Shown here: piece after piece, positions 10,012-20,189 of the stretch | Position numbering within the stretch: the first letter of the stretch is position 1 | Layout of the letters: every line of letters starts with the position of its first letter | Source of the DNA: Chitinophagales bacterium | GTDB lineage: Bacteria; Bacteroidota; Bacteroidia; Chitinophagales; UBA10324 | Assembly: GCA_013816805.1 (NCBI GenBank) | Contig: JACDDS010000004.1 | Coordinates: 38,051 to 102,050 of the forward strand | DNA: 64,000 nucleotides | Direction: 5' to 3' | The notes under the pieces: model-generated | The model's input: the letters and a program-made list of their open reading frames with translations, nothing else | What the model was told of the DNA's origin: nothing | The model's database searches: none | Program-made: the position numbers and the translations under genes

Positions 10012-10206
10012 TCAGGATATCAATCTTACGTTAATGGCATTTTGTCCTTTTTTTCCTTCTGTAACATCAAAAGAAACTTTGTCATTTTCGTTTATCTCAT
10101 TGATCAGACCTGTGGCATGTACAAAGATTTCTTCTCCGGATTCATCATCCACAATAAAGCCGAAGCCTTTTGCCTTATTAAAAAATTTTACTTTTCCAGT
10201 GTTCAT
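10012..10206 (-). CDS. cold-shock protein (CspA family)
   Basis: 64 aa containing the RNP-1 and RNP-2 motifs (KGFGFI, VFVH-like IFVHATG). Confidence 0.95.
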   Translation of the reverse strand: MNTGKVKFFNKAKGFGFIVDDESGEEIFVHATGLINEINENDKVSFDVTEGKKGQNAINVRLIS

Positions 10207-10355
10207 TTAAAGATTATTAATTTTTATTAAAATTGCCCACAAAGATAAAAATTAAAATAACCAAAAATCAATTAACCACTCTGCTGAGTTAAACTTTACC
10301 CAAATCACTAACCGTTTCTAGCGTATTCATCCATTAACATTCATCCTTAATCTGC

Positions 10356-10363
10356 TATCTTTG
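10356..10363 (+). promoter_or_regulatory. candidate Bacteroidota -7 box (TATCTTTG) upstream of lepA
   Basis: Matches TAnnTTTG and ends 6 nt before the lepA ATG at 10370, which would imply a leaderless or near-leaderless mRNA. No clear -33 element was seen. Confidence 0.3.
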
Positions 10364-10369
10364 CAACGA

Positions 10370-12160
10370 ATGGAAAACATCAGGAATTTCTGCATTATAG
10401 CTCATATTGATCATGGTAAAAGTACCCTCGCAGACCGGTTATTAGAGAAGACAAATACCATAACAGGGCGCCAAATGATGGCACAAGTACTCGATGATAT
10501 GGACCTGGAACGTGAAAAAGGAATTACCATCAAGAGCCACGCCATTCAGATGAGTTATTCATTGCACGGTAAGAAATATATACTCAACCTGATTGATACT
10601 CCCGGCCATGTTGACTTTAGCTATGAAGTATCACGGGCCATCGCCTCCTGTGAGGGCGCTTTACTGCTGGTAGATGCCACTCAGGGGATACAGGCTCAAA
10701 CCATATCCAACCTTTATCTAGCCATTGACAGTAACCTGGAAATAATTCCGGTTATCAATAAAATAGATATGGATGGAGCCATGATCGAAGAAACAAAAGA
10801 CCAGATCGTGGACCTTATTGGGTGCAAGCGGGAAGATATATTACTGGCTAGCGGCAAAACAGGAGAGGGAGTTGATGATATGCTGGAAACTATAGTCCAG
10901 CGTGTTCCTGCACCTAAAGGCGATTCTTCTGCACCCTTGCAAGCCCTGATATTTGATTCCGTATTCAATTCCTATCGCGGTGTAATTGTTTATTATCGTG
11001 TATTCAACGGTGAACTAAGAAAAGGCGATCACGTTAAATTTTTTAATGCTGGAAGCGAATACGATGCTGAAGAAGTAGGTGCACTTTTGTTAGAAAAATC
11101 ACCCCGTGAAGCAGTTAAAACCGGCGATGTTGGCTACCTTATAACAGGTATTAAGGATGCAAGTGAAGTAAAAGTAGGGGATACTATTACCCTGAAAGAT
11201 CGCCCGTGCAAAGAATCCATTCATGGATTTGAACATGTAAAGCCAATGGTGTTTGCAGGCGTTTACCCGGTGGATACAGATGACTACCAGGAACTGAGAG
11301 AGAGCATGGAGAAGCTTCGGCTTAATGATGCCTCGCTTACCTTCGAACCTGAATCATCAGCGGCGTTGGGTTTTGGTTTTCGCTGTGGTTTTCTGGGAAT
11401 GCTTCACCTGGAAATTATCCAGGAGCGTCTGGACAGGGAGTTTGACATGCCGGTGATCACTACCGTTCCCAACGTTTCTTATCATGTGTATACTACAAAT
11501 GGTGAAATGAAGATTCTAAATAATCCGAGCGAGTTTCCGGATCCCACGCAGCTTGATCACATTGAAGAGCCTTATATCAAAGCACAGATCATCACCAAGC
11601 CCGAATATATAGGTAGCATCATGTCCCTCTGCATCAGCAAGCGGGGATTCTTAAAGAACCAACATTATCTCACTCCTTCTCGCATAGAGATCACGTTTGA
11701 AATGCCGCTGGCGGAAATTGTTTTCGATTTTTATGATAAGCTGAAATCAATCTCCCGCGGCTATGCTTCTTTCGATTACCATCCCATTGAATACAGACCC
11801 GGGGAGCTGGTAAAGCTCGATATTAAGCTGAATAGCGAAAACGTAGATGCGCTCTCAGCACTAATCCATAAAGACAGAGCGTATGATTTTGGAAGAAGGA
11901 TCTGCGAAAAGCTTAAAGAGCTGTTACCTCGTCAGCAGTTTGTAATCGCCATCCAGGCCGCGATTGGGGCTAAGATCATCGCCCGTGAGACCATTTCTGC
12001 GTTGAGGAAAGATGTAATTGCAAAATGCTATGGTGGCGATATTTCCCGCAAACGCAAACTGCTGGAGAAGCAGAAAAAGGGAAAGAAAAGAATGCGACAG
12101 ATTGGAAACGTGGAAGTCCCGCAAACGGCATTTCTTGCCGTGTTAAAGCTGGAGGATTAA
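10370..12160 (+). CDS. lepA: translation elongation factor 4
   Basis: Starts [25 protein letters not shown] and shows full-length LepA resemblance. I prefer the ATG at 10370 to the TTG at 10361 used in the ORF track. Confidence 0.95.
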   Translation: MENIRNFCIIAHIDHGKSTLADRLLEKTNTITGRQMMAQVLDDMDLEREKGITIKSHAIQMSYSLHGKKYILNLIDTPGHVDFSYEVSRAIASCEGALLLVDATQGIQAQTISNLYLAIDSNLEIIPVINKIDMDGAMIEETKDQIVDLIGCKREDILLASGKTGEGVDDMLETIVQRVPAPKGDSSAPLQALIFDSVFNSYRGVIVYYRVFNGELRKGDHVKFFNAGSEYDAEEVGALLLEKSPREAVKTGDVGYLITGIKDASEVKVGDTITLKDRPCKESIHGFEHVKPMVFAGVYPVDTDDYQELRESMEKLRLNDASLTFEPESSAALGFGFRCGFLGMLHLEIIQERLDREFDMPVITTVPNVSYHVYTTNGEMKILNNPSEFPDPTQLDHIEEPYIKAQIITKPEYIGSIMSLCISKRGFLKNQHYLTPSRIEITFEMPLAEIVFDFYDKLKSISRGYASFDYHPIEYRPGELVKLDIKLNSENVDALSALIHKDRAYDFGRRICEKLKELLPRQQFVIAIQAAIGAKIIARETISALRKDVIAKCYGGDISRKRKLLEKQKKGKKRMRQIGNVEVPQTAFLAVLKLED

Positions 12161-12279
12161 TTTGTGAGCATTTCTAACTTTTTACTCACTCTTATCGCGC
12201 CCAAGAAGAGACAATCAAAGGTGGTTTTTGGCCTTACATCTTCACAAATACTTATGATAAATAATTCCGGTTTTTAAAG

Positions 12280-13170
12280 ATGACTCTTCTCGATGGCAAG
12301 CAGCTTTCTCTGGAAATACAAAATGAGCTTGCGCAAAAAGTGTCTTTATTAAAATTCGAAGGAAAAAAGGCTCCTCATCTAGCCGCTGTTTTAATTGGAA
12401 GCGACGGCGCGAGTGAAACCTATGTTGCTTCAAAGGTAAAGGCCTGTGAAAGAATCGGCTTCGGGTCTTCGCTGATCACAAGAGATGCTTCTATACTGGA
12501 AAATGAATTACTGCAAATTATTCAGGAATTGAATGACGACGAAATGGTAAGCGGTATTCTGGTGCAACTACCTTTACCTAATCATATTAGTGTCGAAAAA
12601 GTTATTTATGCAATAGATCCGATGAAAGATGTGGATGGATTTCATCCTGTAAATGTAGGGCGAATGGTGAAAGGGCTACCGTGTCATTTACCTGCGACAC
12701 CTTACGGAATTTTATTGTTGCTCGAAAGATATAATATAGACACTTCCGGTAAGCACTGCGTAGTGATTGGCAGAAGTGATATCGTAGGCAAGCCGATCAG
12801 CATACTATTAAGCAGCAACAATTATCCGGGTAATTGTACCGTCACTTTATGCCACAGCAAGACAAAAAATCTGGACGAAGTATGCAGAGGGGCAGATATA
12901 ATAGTAGCAGCCTTGGGTAGAGCTGACTTTTTAAAAGGTGAAATGGTGAAGGAGGGAGCTGTGGTTATTGATGTGGGTATTACCCGTGTTAAGGATGAGA
13001 CAAAAAAATCGGGATTTACGCTTAAAGGCGATGTGCATTTTGAAAGTGTGGCGCCTAAATGCAGCTATATTACTCCAGTGCCTGGCGGTGTAGGCCCCAT
13101 GACCATTGCAGCATTGATGATGAATACGATGAAAGCTGTTGAGATGAATAGCATGTTCATTACTTCATAA
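12280..13170 (+). CDS. folD: bifunctional methylenetetrahydrofolate dehydrogenase / methenyltetrahydrofolate cyclohydrolase
   Basis: 296 aa with [30 protein letters not shown] and [11 protein letters not shown]. Confidence 0.95.
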   Translation: MTLLDGKQLSLEIQNELAQKVSLLKFEGKKAPHLAAVLIGSDGASETYVASKVKACERIGFGSSLITRDASILENELLQIIQELNDDEMVSGILVQLPLPNHISVEKVIYAIDPMKDVDGFHPVNVGRMVKGLPCHLPATPYGILLLLERYNIDTSGKHCVVIGRSDIVGKPISILLSSNNYPGNCTVTLCHSKTKNLDEVCRGADIIVAALGRADFLKGEMVKEGAVVIDVGITRVKDETKKSGFTLKGDVHFESVAPKCSYITPVPGGVGPMTIAALMMNTMKAVEMNSMFITS

Positions 13171-13211
13171 TCTACCTTGTTCTGCTCTAATCCATCGCCA
13201 ATACTGTTTGG

Positions 13212-13254
13212 GATATATTGACTTCCTGCCAAATTCCCATGTTTCTCTATATTT
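13212..13254 (+). repeat. copy A of a ~43-nt imperfect direct repeat (partner at 15925-15966)
   Basis: The first 15 nt (GATATATTGACTTCC) are identical in both copies. My hand alignment gives 36 matches in 43 columns with one 1-nt gap. Confidence 0.7.
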
Positions 13255-13362
13255 CTTGTCCATGCTGGTGTTCCCCGATAGCCGTTGTTGTGTGTTTGAA
13301 AAGGAATGAGAAAAAGCATCACCAACAACTGAAGCGGAGCTATTTTTTAAATTATATGATTA

Positions 13363-15102
13363 TCATCTTATCACCGCCACTTTTCCGTGTGCTATAGATT
13401 TTCCTCTCTGTATCACTTTCCATTCATATATTCCAGCAGGTAACGCACTTATATCCAGCATTCGGTTTTTAAAGTAGTGATATAAATTAATAGTTGCCTT
13501 GCGACTACCAAATGCATCAAATAACTCGAATACAGCATCATCATTTGATTGATAAATCATATTTAGCCATGATGAAACCGGATTCGGTGAAACTCTAAAA
13601 GTACCGTGGTTTTGCGGTTTAGGTATATGCACTGCATCCGCAATATCTAAAAACACCGTTACGGTATCTTCTCTCACATTACAACTGCTGTAAGTGGAGG
13701 TGTCTGTGACGATAAGGTAATACGTGGTAGTGGTATCCGGTGACGCAATAGGTTGTGCAATAGTGGTATCGCTTAAAGTTGGATCTGAATGCCATAGATA
13801 TTTTACCCCTGCAACCGGTGGTATACCAAGCTGTATGGTTTGACCTTTGTTGATGGTGTCATTTGCTCCTGCATCGGCTACGTAATTGCCAAGAGGACTC
13901 AAATCGTAATTAGGAAAATAAGGAATAGATTCATTGTTTAAGTACGGCAAAATAATTCCGTGTTGAACGACACTACAAGCTATTCCCATAATATCCGGGT
14001 TATCAATATAAGTAAGAACGCTATCTCCGTCCCAAGTACAAATATAAATTCGACCATCTAAAGCTAATTGTGTCATTGAAAACCAAGTTGGAAAGGGGGC
14101 ATAAGTTCCGTCATATATTGCTACGGTATCTGGATAATTGAAGAAATTTTTAACTTTTGTGTCATATTGAATTATATTAAGTTGGGAGCAGCGATAAAGG
14201 AATTCGTTATTGGGGGAAAAGGATAAGCCCACAAAATCATTCACCAAATAGGTTGAATTAAAAAATTTATATGGATTGCTCAATTGTCCGGTACAACGAT
14301 CAAAGTTGTAATGTTCTATAAAATAGTCATAGTTACTTTCTATTGCATATTGTGAGCCATCCGATGAAAATTTTGCTTCACCTGGCCCAAAATCATTTAT
14401 AATTATTGATCCTATGCTTTGAGAATACGGACCCTCAATTCCGGTTGGTGTTAGCAACCAAGTATAGAAAATAGTTGAATTCCATTTGTGATCAATAATC
14501 CACCAGTCTTTTCCATTAGCATGCTTACAAGCCGATAATTTTCCTTGTATTAATGTATCTTCAATTAAGTATTCATTCTTAAGAGTAACTGCACCCAAGC
14601 CATTATCTAATCGCATATCAATTACACTGTGGCTTAAATGCATAGCTTCAGTATATAAATTATGATGGTATTTAAATTTTTTTTCGGTAGTTATATAAAA
14701 CAAATCATACAAAAAAATACTATCCGGATGAGGTATTATAATCATACCTTGAGTAAAACCTAAGCCCCTACCGTCATAGTATTGATCGGTAGAATACCCT
14801 GCATTGAATTCATTACAATTTTCGAGCGAATCGTGATTACGATTGGCTATCCATTGTCCATTAGAATAAAAAAGAAGATTACCGAGACTATCGGAAATAC
14901 TTGAATTGGTTATAAAAAAAGACATTTGTCGAAAAACTGTCAAAGTATCAGCAAAGCCAGTAATAAAATTAACCTCAGTAAGATTTTGTTTATTTCTATA
15001 ATCCGGAATTCTGGTTCCACTAAGTTCCCAAGTATTGGTTCTCAATTGGGCAGAAGTAAATGTGCAGACAAGAAGCAAACTTGCAAAAACAATTCTTTTC
15101 AT
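13363..15102 (-). CDS. hypothetical secreted protein with a T9SS type-A C-terminal sorting domain
   Basis: The signal peptide MKRIVFASLLLVCTFTSAQ starts at the ATG at 15102 (the track's TTG at 15126 is less likely). The C-terminus is FRVSPNPVSSWLNM...LPAGIYEWKVIQRGKSIAHGKVAVIR. Confidence 0.75.
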   Translation of the reverse strand: MKRIVFASLLLVCTFTSAQLRTNTWELSGTRIPDYRNKQNLTEVNFITGFADTLTVFRQMSFFITNSSISDSLGNLLFYSNGQWIANRNHDSLENCNEFNAGYSTDQYYDGRGLGFTQGMIIIPHPDSIFLYDLFYITTEKKFKYHHNLYTEAMHLSHSVIDMRLDNGLGAVTLKNEYLIEDTLIQGKLSACKHANGKDWWIIDHKWNSTIFYTWLLTPTGIEGPYSQSIGSIIINDFGPGEAKFSSDGSQYAIESNYDYFIEHYNFDRCTGQLSNPYKFFNSTYLVNDFVGLSFSPNNEFLYRCSQLNIIQYDTKVKNFFNYPDTVAIYDGTYAPFPTWFSMTQLALDGRIYICTWDGDSVLTYIDNPDIMGIACSVVQHGIILPYLNNESIPYFPNYDLSPLGNYVADAGANDTINKGQTIQLGIPPVAGVKYLWHSDPTLSDTTIAQPIASPDTTTTYYLIVTDTSTYSSCNVREDTVTVFLDIADAVHIPKPQNHGTFRVSPNPVSSWLNMIYQSNDDAVFELFDAFGSRKATINLYHYFKNRMLDISALPAGIYEWKVIQRGKSIAHGKVAVIR

Positions 15103-15109
15103 AGAATGT

Positions 15110-15319
15110 CTATCTGGTGATAACAAGTTTGTTTAAAGCTATTCTTTTTTCCGCACTATTTAAATAAACATAGTACAGCCCGTTTGAAAGATGTGATACG
15201 TCTATCTTATTCATCTCATGGCTGGATACTTGCCTATTAATTATTTCCTCGCCATAAGCATTTGATATGGTTAAATAAAGTACGCCATCACTTAAATAAT
15301 TATCTTCAAATGATATTTC
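15110..15319 (-). pseudogene. orphan T9SS C-terminal sorting domain; stump of a truncated cargo gene
   Basis: My translation is EISFEDNYLSDGVLYLTISNAYGEEIINRQVSSHEMNKIDVSHLSNGLYYVYLNSAEKRIALNKLVITR*. There is no N-terminal part or start codon. The frame runs straight into the transposase gene start at 15321. Confidence 0.6.
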
Positions 15320-15320
15320 A

Positions 15321-15869
15321 ATGAGTCGAAAATATAAGATTCTTGATCAAACAAAACTTTACTTTATTTCATTTGCTGTAGTCAATTGGATTGATCTGTT
15401 TATTAGAAATGAATACAGGAACATTTTGCTTGATAGTCTCATGTTTTGTCAAAAGAAAAAAGGATTAGAAGTGTTTGCATGGTGTATTATGACAAGCCAT
15501 ATGCATTTAATCATTGGCACTCAAGGCAATCCAATGGAAGATATTCTGAGAGACTTCAAGAGTTTCACATCAAGAAATCTTCGAATTGCCATCGAGGAAA
15601 ATTCGACAGAAAGCAGAAAGGAATGGTTGGTGAAAATGATGTATGAGGTTGGATTGACAAATAGAAACAATCGCGGCTTTCAGTTATGGCAGCAGCATAA
15701 CCATCCAATAGAATTGGCTACCAATGAAATGATTGTTCAGCGACTCCAATACATTCATTTTAATCCTGTTAAAGCAGGCTTTGTTAGTGATCCCGAAGAT
15801 TATCTTTACAGCAGTGCAAGAGATTATGCAGGTGAGCCAGGATTAGTGAAAATAATCTTGCTTGACTGA
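15321..15869 (+). CDS. HUH/Y1 tyrosine transposase, IS200-like / REP-associated (RAYT) type
   Basis: 182 aa with the HUH motif in CIMTSHMHLIIG and the catalytic Tyr region LQYIHFNPVKAGFV...YLYSSARDY. Confidence 0.8.
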   Translation: MSRKYKILDQTKLYFISFAVVNWIDLFIRNEYRNILLDSLMFCQKKKGLEVFAWCIMTSHMHLIIGTQGNPMEDILRDFKSFTSRNLRIAIEENSTESRKEWLVKMMYEVGLTNRNNRGFQLWQQHNHPIELATNEMIVQRLQYIHFNPVKAGFVSDPEDYLYSSARDYAGEPGLVKIILLD

Positions 15870-15873
15870 TATT

Positions 15874-15895
15874 GGCACAAGCGGACGCTTGCGCC
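15874..15895 (+). repeat. GC-rich near-perfect palindrome 4 nt after the transposase stop
   Basis: GGCACAAGCG-GA-CGCTTGCGCC has 9 of 10 positions complementary. It resembles the REP or subterminal hairpins recognised by Y1 transposases. Confidence 0.5.
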
Positions 15896-15924
15896 AGCTT
15901 AAGAAATTGAGCGAATTCTTTTCT

Positions 15925-15966
15925 GATATATTGACTTCCCGACAAATTTCCCTGAGTCTTATATTT
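15925..15966 (+). repeat. copy B of the ~43-nt imperfect direct repeat (partner at 13212-13254)
   Basis: See copy A. Its 3' end, read one base further (15960-15967, TATATTTG), also matches the TAnnTTTG -7 box, 31 nt before the queE ORF. Confidence 0.7.
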
Positions 15967-15997
15967 GCACTCAATAGATGCAAATTAAAAGTTCGCA

Positions 15998-16633
15998 TTG
16001 ATTACTGAATCCCTTATTCCACTTAATGCAGTTCAGGTTTCCTACCCGGTTATGGAGCACTTCTATACCATCCAAGGAGAAGGTTTCCACCAGGGCACCG
16101 CTGCGTATTTTATTCGGCTTGCGGGGTGTGAAGTAGGCTGCGTCTGGTGCGATGTAAAAGAATCCTGGGACATTGCAAAGCATCCTCTAAAATCCGTGGA
16201 ATCAATAGTTGCTGAAACGGAAAAATTTCCATCGCCTATTGTAGTCATCACCGGCGGGGAACCACTCATGCACGATCTTACGGAGCTAACCAGCCTTCTG
16301 CATAAAAAAAATAAAAAAACTCACATTGAAACTTCTGCAGCCTATCCGTTGAACGGAGAATGGGACTGGATCTGCATCTCCCCAAAAAAATTTAAAGCGC
16401 CGTTACCCGAAAATTTAGCCTTTGCCAGTGAATTAAAAGTTGTAGTCTTCAATACAAGCGATTTTAAATGGGCTGAAAGTTTTACCCATTTGGTTTCTGC
16501 AGATTGCAAGCTTTTTTTACAGCCTGAATGGAGCCGTGAAAAAGAAATGCTTCCTTTCATCGTTGATTATGTGAAGCAGCATCATCAATGGAATGTTTCT
16601 TTGCAAATTCACAAATATTTAAATGTGCCTTGA
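15998..16633 (+). CDS. queE: 7-carboxy-7-deazaguanine synthase (radical SAM)
   Basis: 211 aa with MEHFYTIQGEGFHQGTAAYFIRLAGCEVGCVWCD (Cx14CxxC-type QueE cluster). The exact start is uncertain; the track uses a TTG. Confidence 0.9.
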   Translation: MITESLIPLNAVQVSYPVMEHFYTIQGEGFHQGTAAYFIRLAGCEVGCVWCDVKESWDIAKHPLKSVESIVAETEKFPSPIVVITGGEPLMHDLTELTSLLHKKNKKTHIETSAAYPLNGEWDWICISPKKFKAPLPENLAFASELKVVVFNTSDFKWAESFTHLVSADCKLFLQPEWSREKEMLPFIVDYVKQHHQWNVSLQIHKYLNVP

Positions 16634-16639
16634 AATAAA

Positions 16640-18625
16640 ATGACCAGGTGCCGGACAACTTTGAATGAGGTAACAGTTATTCATCTTTCGAAAGAATTTT
16701 TTCAGTTTAAAATTTTTGCTATTTTATTTTTTTCGGCTTTTCTTTTTTCAGATCATCCTTGTTTTGCTCAAAAATATTCCACCTATAAAAATGCATCGAA
16801 AAGATCGCTGAAAGCTTATGGCGATGCATCCCAATATGTAATTGGTAAAAATTATTCGGGTGCATCCAAAACGCTGGAAGAATTAACTGCTGCCGATCCA
16901 ACATTCATTGATGCATGGATCATGCTGGGTGAAGTATACAAGGAACAAGGAAATTACGTGAAGGCAAAAGAATCATTAGAAAAAGCTATTTCTCTTGACC
17001 CTGCTTATTCATGGCGTGAGCTTTTTTTCCTCGCACAATGTGATTGGAATTTAGATAACTACGATGATTGCATCAGTAACTGCCAGCAATTCCTATCACT
17101 TAGGGACATTTCCAAAGAGAGAGAGCGTGACGCAACCCGTATGCTTGCTAATGCAGGTTTTGCAAAAGAAGCGGTAAAAACCCCGGTTCCTTTTGATCCG
17201 AAAAATTTGGGTTCCGGCATTAACACCGAAGCTCCCGAATACCTTCCCTCACTTACCGGTGATGAGCAGGCAATTATTTTTACGAGACGCGTTGGTACGG
17301 GAAAATATTCGAATGAGGATTTTTTTGTAAGCTATAGGAAGAATAGCGAATGGATGCCAGCTCAAAATATAGGCGGAATTAATACCGCTGATAATGAGGG
17401 AGCACAATGCATATCACCGGACGGGAATACCATCTATTTTGCCGCATGCAACAGACCGGATGGCGCTGGAAGCTGCGACATTTATTATTCTCAAAGGAGT
17501 AACGACCAATGGAGCAGACCAAAAAATATGGGCGCACCAGTCAATTCTGTTTCCTGGGAATCGCAGCCAAGCATTTCCGCAGACGGCAAATCGCTCTATT
17601 TTACCAGTACTAGAGTTGGGGGTAAGGGTGGAAGCGATATCTGGGTTTCTTATAAAAATGAAACCGGAAGCTGGGAACTACCGGTTAATCTCGGAGATTC
17701 TGTAAACAGTCCTTTCGATGAAAAATCTCCTTTTATACATCCTGATGGCAGCACTTTATACTTCTCATCCAATGGCCGGCCATGCATGGGCGGTGATGAT
17801 ATTTTTTATTCCCGGAAGAAAAATGACGGCACCTGGTCTGCACCGGTAAACCTTGGCTATCCTATTAATACCAAAAATGATGAGAACAGCTTTATCGTTT
17901 CTCTGAATGGTCAGCACGCTTACTTTTCTTCTGACCGGATTCAGCAAAAACACAGCATGGACCTGTATGAATTTGATCTGTATGATAAGGCGCAGCCCAA
18001 CCCTGTAACGTATGTAAAAGGCAAGGTAGCGGATGCAGGTTCAGGATTGCCTATTGCTGCCACCATTCAATTGATTGATCTGGATAATGGTAAAATAATA
18101 ATGGCTGCCAATTCAGACCCAAACCGCGGAAACTATTTGGTCAGCATTCCCGCAGGAAAAAATTATGCGCTTAATGTTGCTGCGAAAGGATATTTATTTT
18201 ATTCGGAAAATTTTTCCCTGAAAGAGCATAATGCAGATAAGCCTTATTTAATAGATGTGGCGCTAAAGCCTATTGAAGTAGGATCGAGTGTAATTCTTAA
18301 AAATATTTTTTTCGAAACAGATTCTTATGTTTTGAAAGATCAGTCTAAAGCAGAGCTCAATAAGCTCATTGATTTGCTGAAGCAAAATACCTCGTTAAAA
18401 ATTCAAGTCACAGGGCATACCGATGACCAGGGGAGCGATGATCATAACCAGAGGCTTTCAGAAAACAGGGCTAAATCGGTATATGATTATCTGGTTGCAA
18501 ATGGAATATCGCCGGCGCGATTGAGCTTTAAAGGTTTTGGAAAAACAAAACCGATCGCTTCAAATAGCAATGAAGAGGGAAAGGCTCAGAATCGAAGAAC
18601 AGAGTTTACCGTGACTGCGCAATAA
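16640..18625 (+). CDS. OmpA-family outer-membrane/peptidoglycan-associated protein with TPR and TolB-like beta-propeller repeats
   Basis: 661 aa. TPR repeats lie near the N-terminus, followed by repeated PD40-type segments (ISPDGNTIYFA, ISADGKSLYFTS, IHPDGSTLYFSS). The C-terminal OmpA domain reads TGHTDDQGSDDHNQRLSENRA...NRRTEF. Confidence 0.85.
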   Translation: MTRCRTTLNEVTVIHLSKEFFQFKIFAILFFSAFLFSDHPCFAQKYSTYKNASKRSLKAYGDASQYVIGKNYSGASKTLEELTAADPTFIDAWIMLGEVYKEQGNYVKAKESLEKAISLDPAYSWRELFFLAQCDWNLDNYDDCISNCQQFLSLRDISKERERDATRMLANAGFAKEAVKTPVPFDPKNLGSGINTEAPEYLPSLTGDEQAIIFTRRVGTGKYSNEDFFVSYRKNSEWMPAQNIGGINTADNEGAQCISPDGNTIYFAACNRPDGAGSCDIYYSQRSNDQWSRPKNMGAPVNSVSWESQPSISADGKSLYFTSTRVGGKGGSDIWVSYKNETGSWELPVNLGDSVNSPFDEKSPFIHPDGSTLYFSSNGRPCMGGDDIFYSRKKNDGTWSAPVNLGYPINTKNDENSFIVSLNGQHAYFSSDRIQQKHSMDLYEFDLYDKAQPNPVTYVKGKVADAGSGLPIAATIQLIDLDNGKIIMAANSDPNRGNYLVSIPAGKNYALNVAAKGYLFYSENFSLKEHNADKPYLIDVALKPIEVGSSVILKNIFFETDSYVLKDQSKAELNKLIDLLKQNTSLKIQVTGHTDDQGSDDHNQRLSENRAKSVYDYLVANGISPARLSFKGFGKTKPIASNSNEEGKAQNRRTEFTVTAQ

Positions 18626-19438
18626 TTATTGAAGCGCTTTTCTAATCTTCACAAGTTTTTCTAAAAGCCCTTTCAATTTGCTTAATGAAAGCATGTTTGC
18701 TCCATCTGATTTTGCTTTGGAGGGGTCAGGATGTGTTTCGATAAAAAGCCCATCTACACCTACAGCAATTCCTGCTTTGGAAATAATTTCAATCATTTCA
18801 GGAATACCACCCGTTACTCCAATGGCTTGGTTAGGCTTTTGCAATGAATGCGTACAATCTAGCACTACAGGATACCCGAGTCGCTGCATTATTGGTATTC
18901 CACGATAATCTACAATCAGATCCTGATAACCAAACGTAACACCCCGGTCAGTGAGAAAAATATTTTCATTCCCGGCGTCTTGCACTTTTTGAGCAGCAAA
19001 TTGCATTTGCTCCGGCGCCAGGAATTGGCCTTTTTTAATATTCACTGCTTTGCCGGTTTTACCTGCGGCAGTCAACAGATCTGTTTGCCTGCAAAGAAAT
19101 GCCGGTATCTGCAATACATCCACATATTCGGCGGCCAAAGCAGCATCGGAAGTTTCATGAATATCTGTGAGTGTCGGTATATTAAATTCTATTCCTGCTT
19201 TTCTTAATATCGAGAGCGCAAGCTCATCGCCTATTCCCGTGAAGGAATCTGATTTTGAACGGTTCGCTTTTTTAAAAGATGATTTAAAGATGAACGGAAT
19301 TTCCAGCTGATCTGCGATACGTTGAATTTCTCCTGCCGTTTCGAAAACTATTTTTTCACCCTCCACCACACATGGTCCAGCGATAAGGAAGAAATTATTT
19401 CCTTCAGTGAATTTCAATTTAGGAATGGAAGGAATCAC
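18626..19438 (-). CDS. kdsA: 3-deoxy-8-phosphooctulonate synthase
   Basis: 270 aa with FLIAGPCVVE, FKSSFKKANRS, QIPAFLCRQTDLL and DCTHSLQ. Confidence 0.95.
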   Translation of the reverse strand: MIPSIPKLKFTEGNNFFLIAGPCVVEGEKIVFETAGEIQRIADQLEIPFIFKSSFKKANRSKSDSFTGIGDELALSILRKAGIEFNIPTLTDIHETSDAALAAEYVDVLQIPAFLCRQTDLLTAAGKTGKAVNIKKGQFLAPEQMQFAAQKVQDAGNENIFLTDRGVTFGYQDLIVDYRGIPIMQRLGYPVVLDCTHSLQKPNQAIGVTGGIPEMIEIISKAGIAVGVDGLFIETHPDPSKAKSDGANMLSLSKLKGLLEKLVKIRKALQ

Positions 19439-19508
19439 GATTATGGTTACAGGTTTAAGGTTTCGGGTTAAAGAGAAAATAGCCGTTATAAGTAAAGTAA
19501 TCCGAAAG

Positions 19509-20189
19509 TTAAATTTCTATAGTTTCTCCAATCTTCATCAGAATCAGTTCTTTTCCTTTTGATTGAAAGGCATTCAAGGCATCCTGGTGGTCGATCTTTA
19601 TCTGCGGGAAAGAATCGTAGTGCATTCCAATCACTTTATTGCATTCAATAAAATCACAAGCAACGACCGCATCCTTATAATCCATGGTATAATAACCGCC
19701 GATTGGAAGAAAAGCAAATTGTAACTTACATATCATCGGAATTAATTTCATATCCATCGTTAATGCAGTATCGCCTGCATGATAAAAGTTTCCTTCTTTG
19801 GTTTCTATAACAAACCCACCTGGATTGCCGCCACTCGATCCATCAGGAAACTGGCTGGAGTGAATGGCGTTGACATAATGCACAGTCCCAAAATCGAGCA
19901 CTAATTTTCCACCATAGTTAATCCCCTGCCCGCCCTTTAAACCTTTTTTAGCAAACCACTTATTCATTTCATTATTAGTAATTATAGGAGCATTGGTATT
20001 GTGCGCAATTTCTTCCGCATCTGCCATGTGATCGCTATGGGCATGCGTAATAAGAATAAAATCTGCTTTGATGGATTTTATATCGATTGAGGAAGCAAGA
20101 GGATTTCCTTTTATGAATGGATCAAATAATACGTTAAAATTTCCAATTTTAATCCCCACGCAGGATTGTCCATAATAAGTTATATTCAA
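19509..20189 (-). CDS. UPF0173-type metal-dependent hydrolase (metallo-beta-lactamase fold)
   Basis: 226 aa with ITYYGQSC...LFDPF...ILITHAHSDH. Confidence 0.85.
   Translation of the reverse strand: MNITYYGQSCVGIKIGNFNVLFDPFIKGNPLASSIDIKSIKADFILITHAHSDHMADAEEIAHNTNAPIITNNEMNKWFAKKGLKGGQGINYGGKLVLDFGTVHYVNAIHSSQFPDGSSGGNPGGFVIETKEGNFYHAGDTALTMDMKLIPMICKLQFAFLPIGGYYTMDYKDAVVACDFIECNKVIGMHYDSFPQIKIDHQDALNAFQSKGKELILMKIGETIEI

Noticed and set aside
13065-13328. An 87-aa minus-strand ORF whose peptide (…HGNLAGSQYIP…) recurs as …QGNLSGSQYIR… near 15940.
   Set aside because: The similarity comes from the nucleotide direct repeat at 13212/15925. The ORF overlaps the folD 3' end, and the second copy has no ORF, so I treat it as a DNA repeat rather than a gene.
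15103-15126. The TTG-initiated N-terminal extension (MLSPDRHS) of the 587-aa T9SS protein, and the 43-aa extension of the giant protein (52762-52890).
   Set aside because: In both cases an internal ATG is immediately followed by a textbook signal peptide. The extension at 15103-15126 also overlaps the end of the upstream tail remnant.
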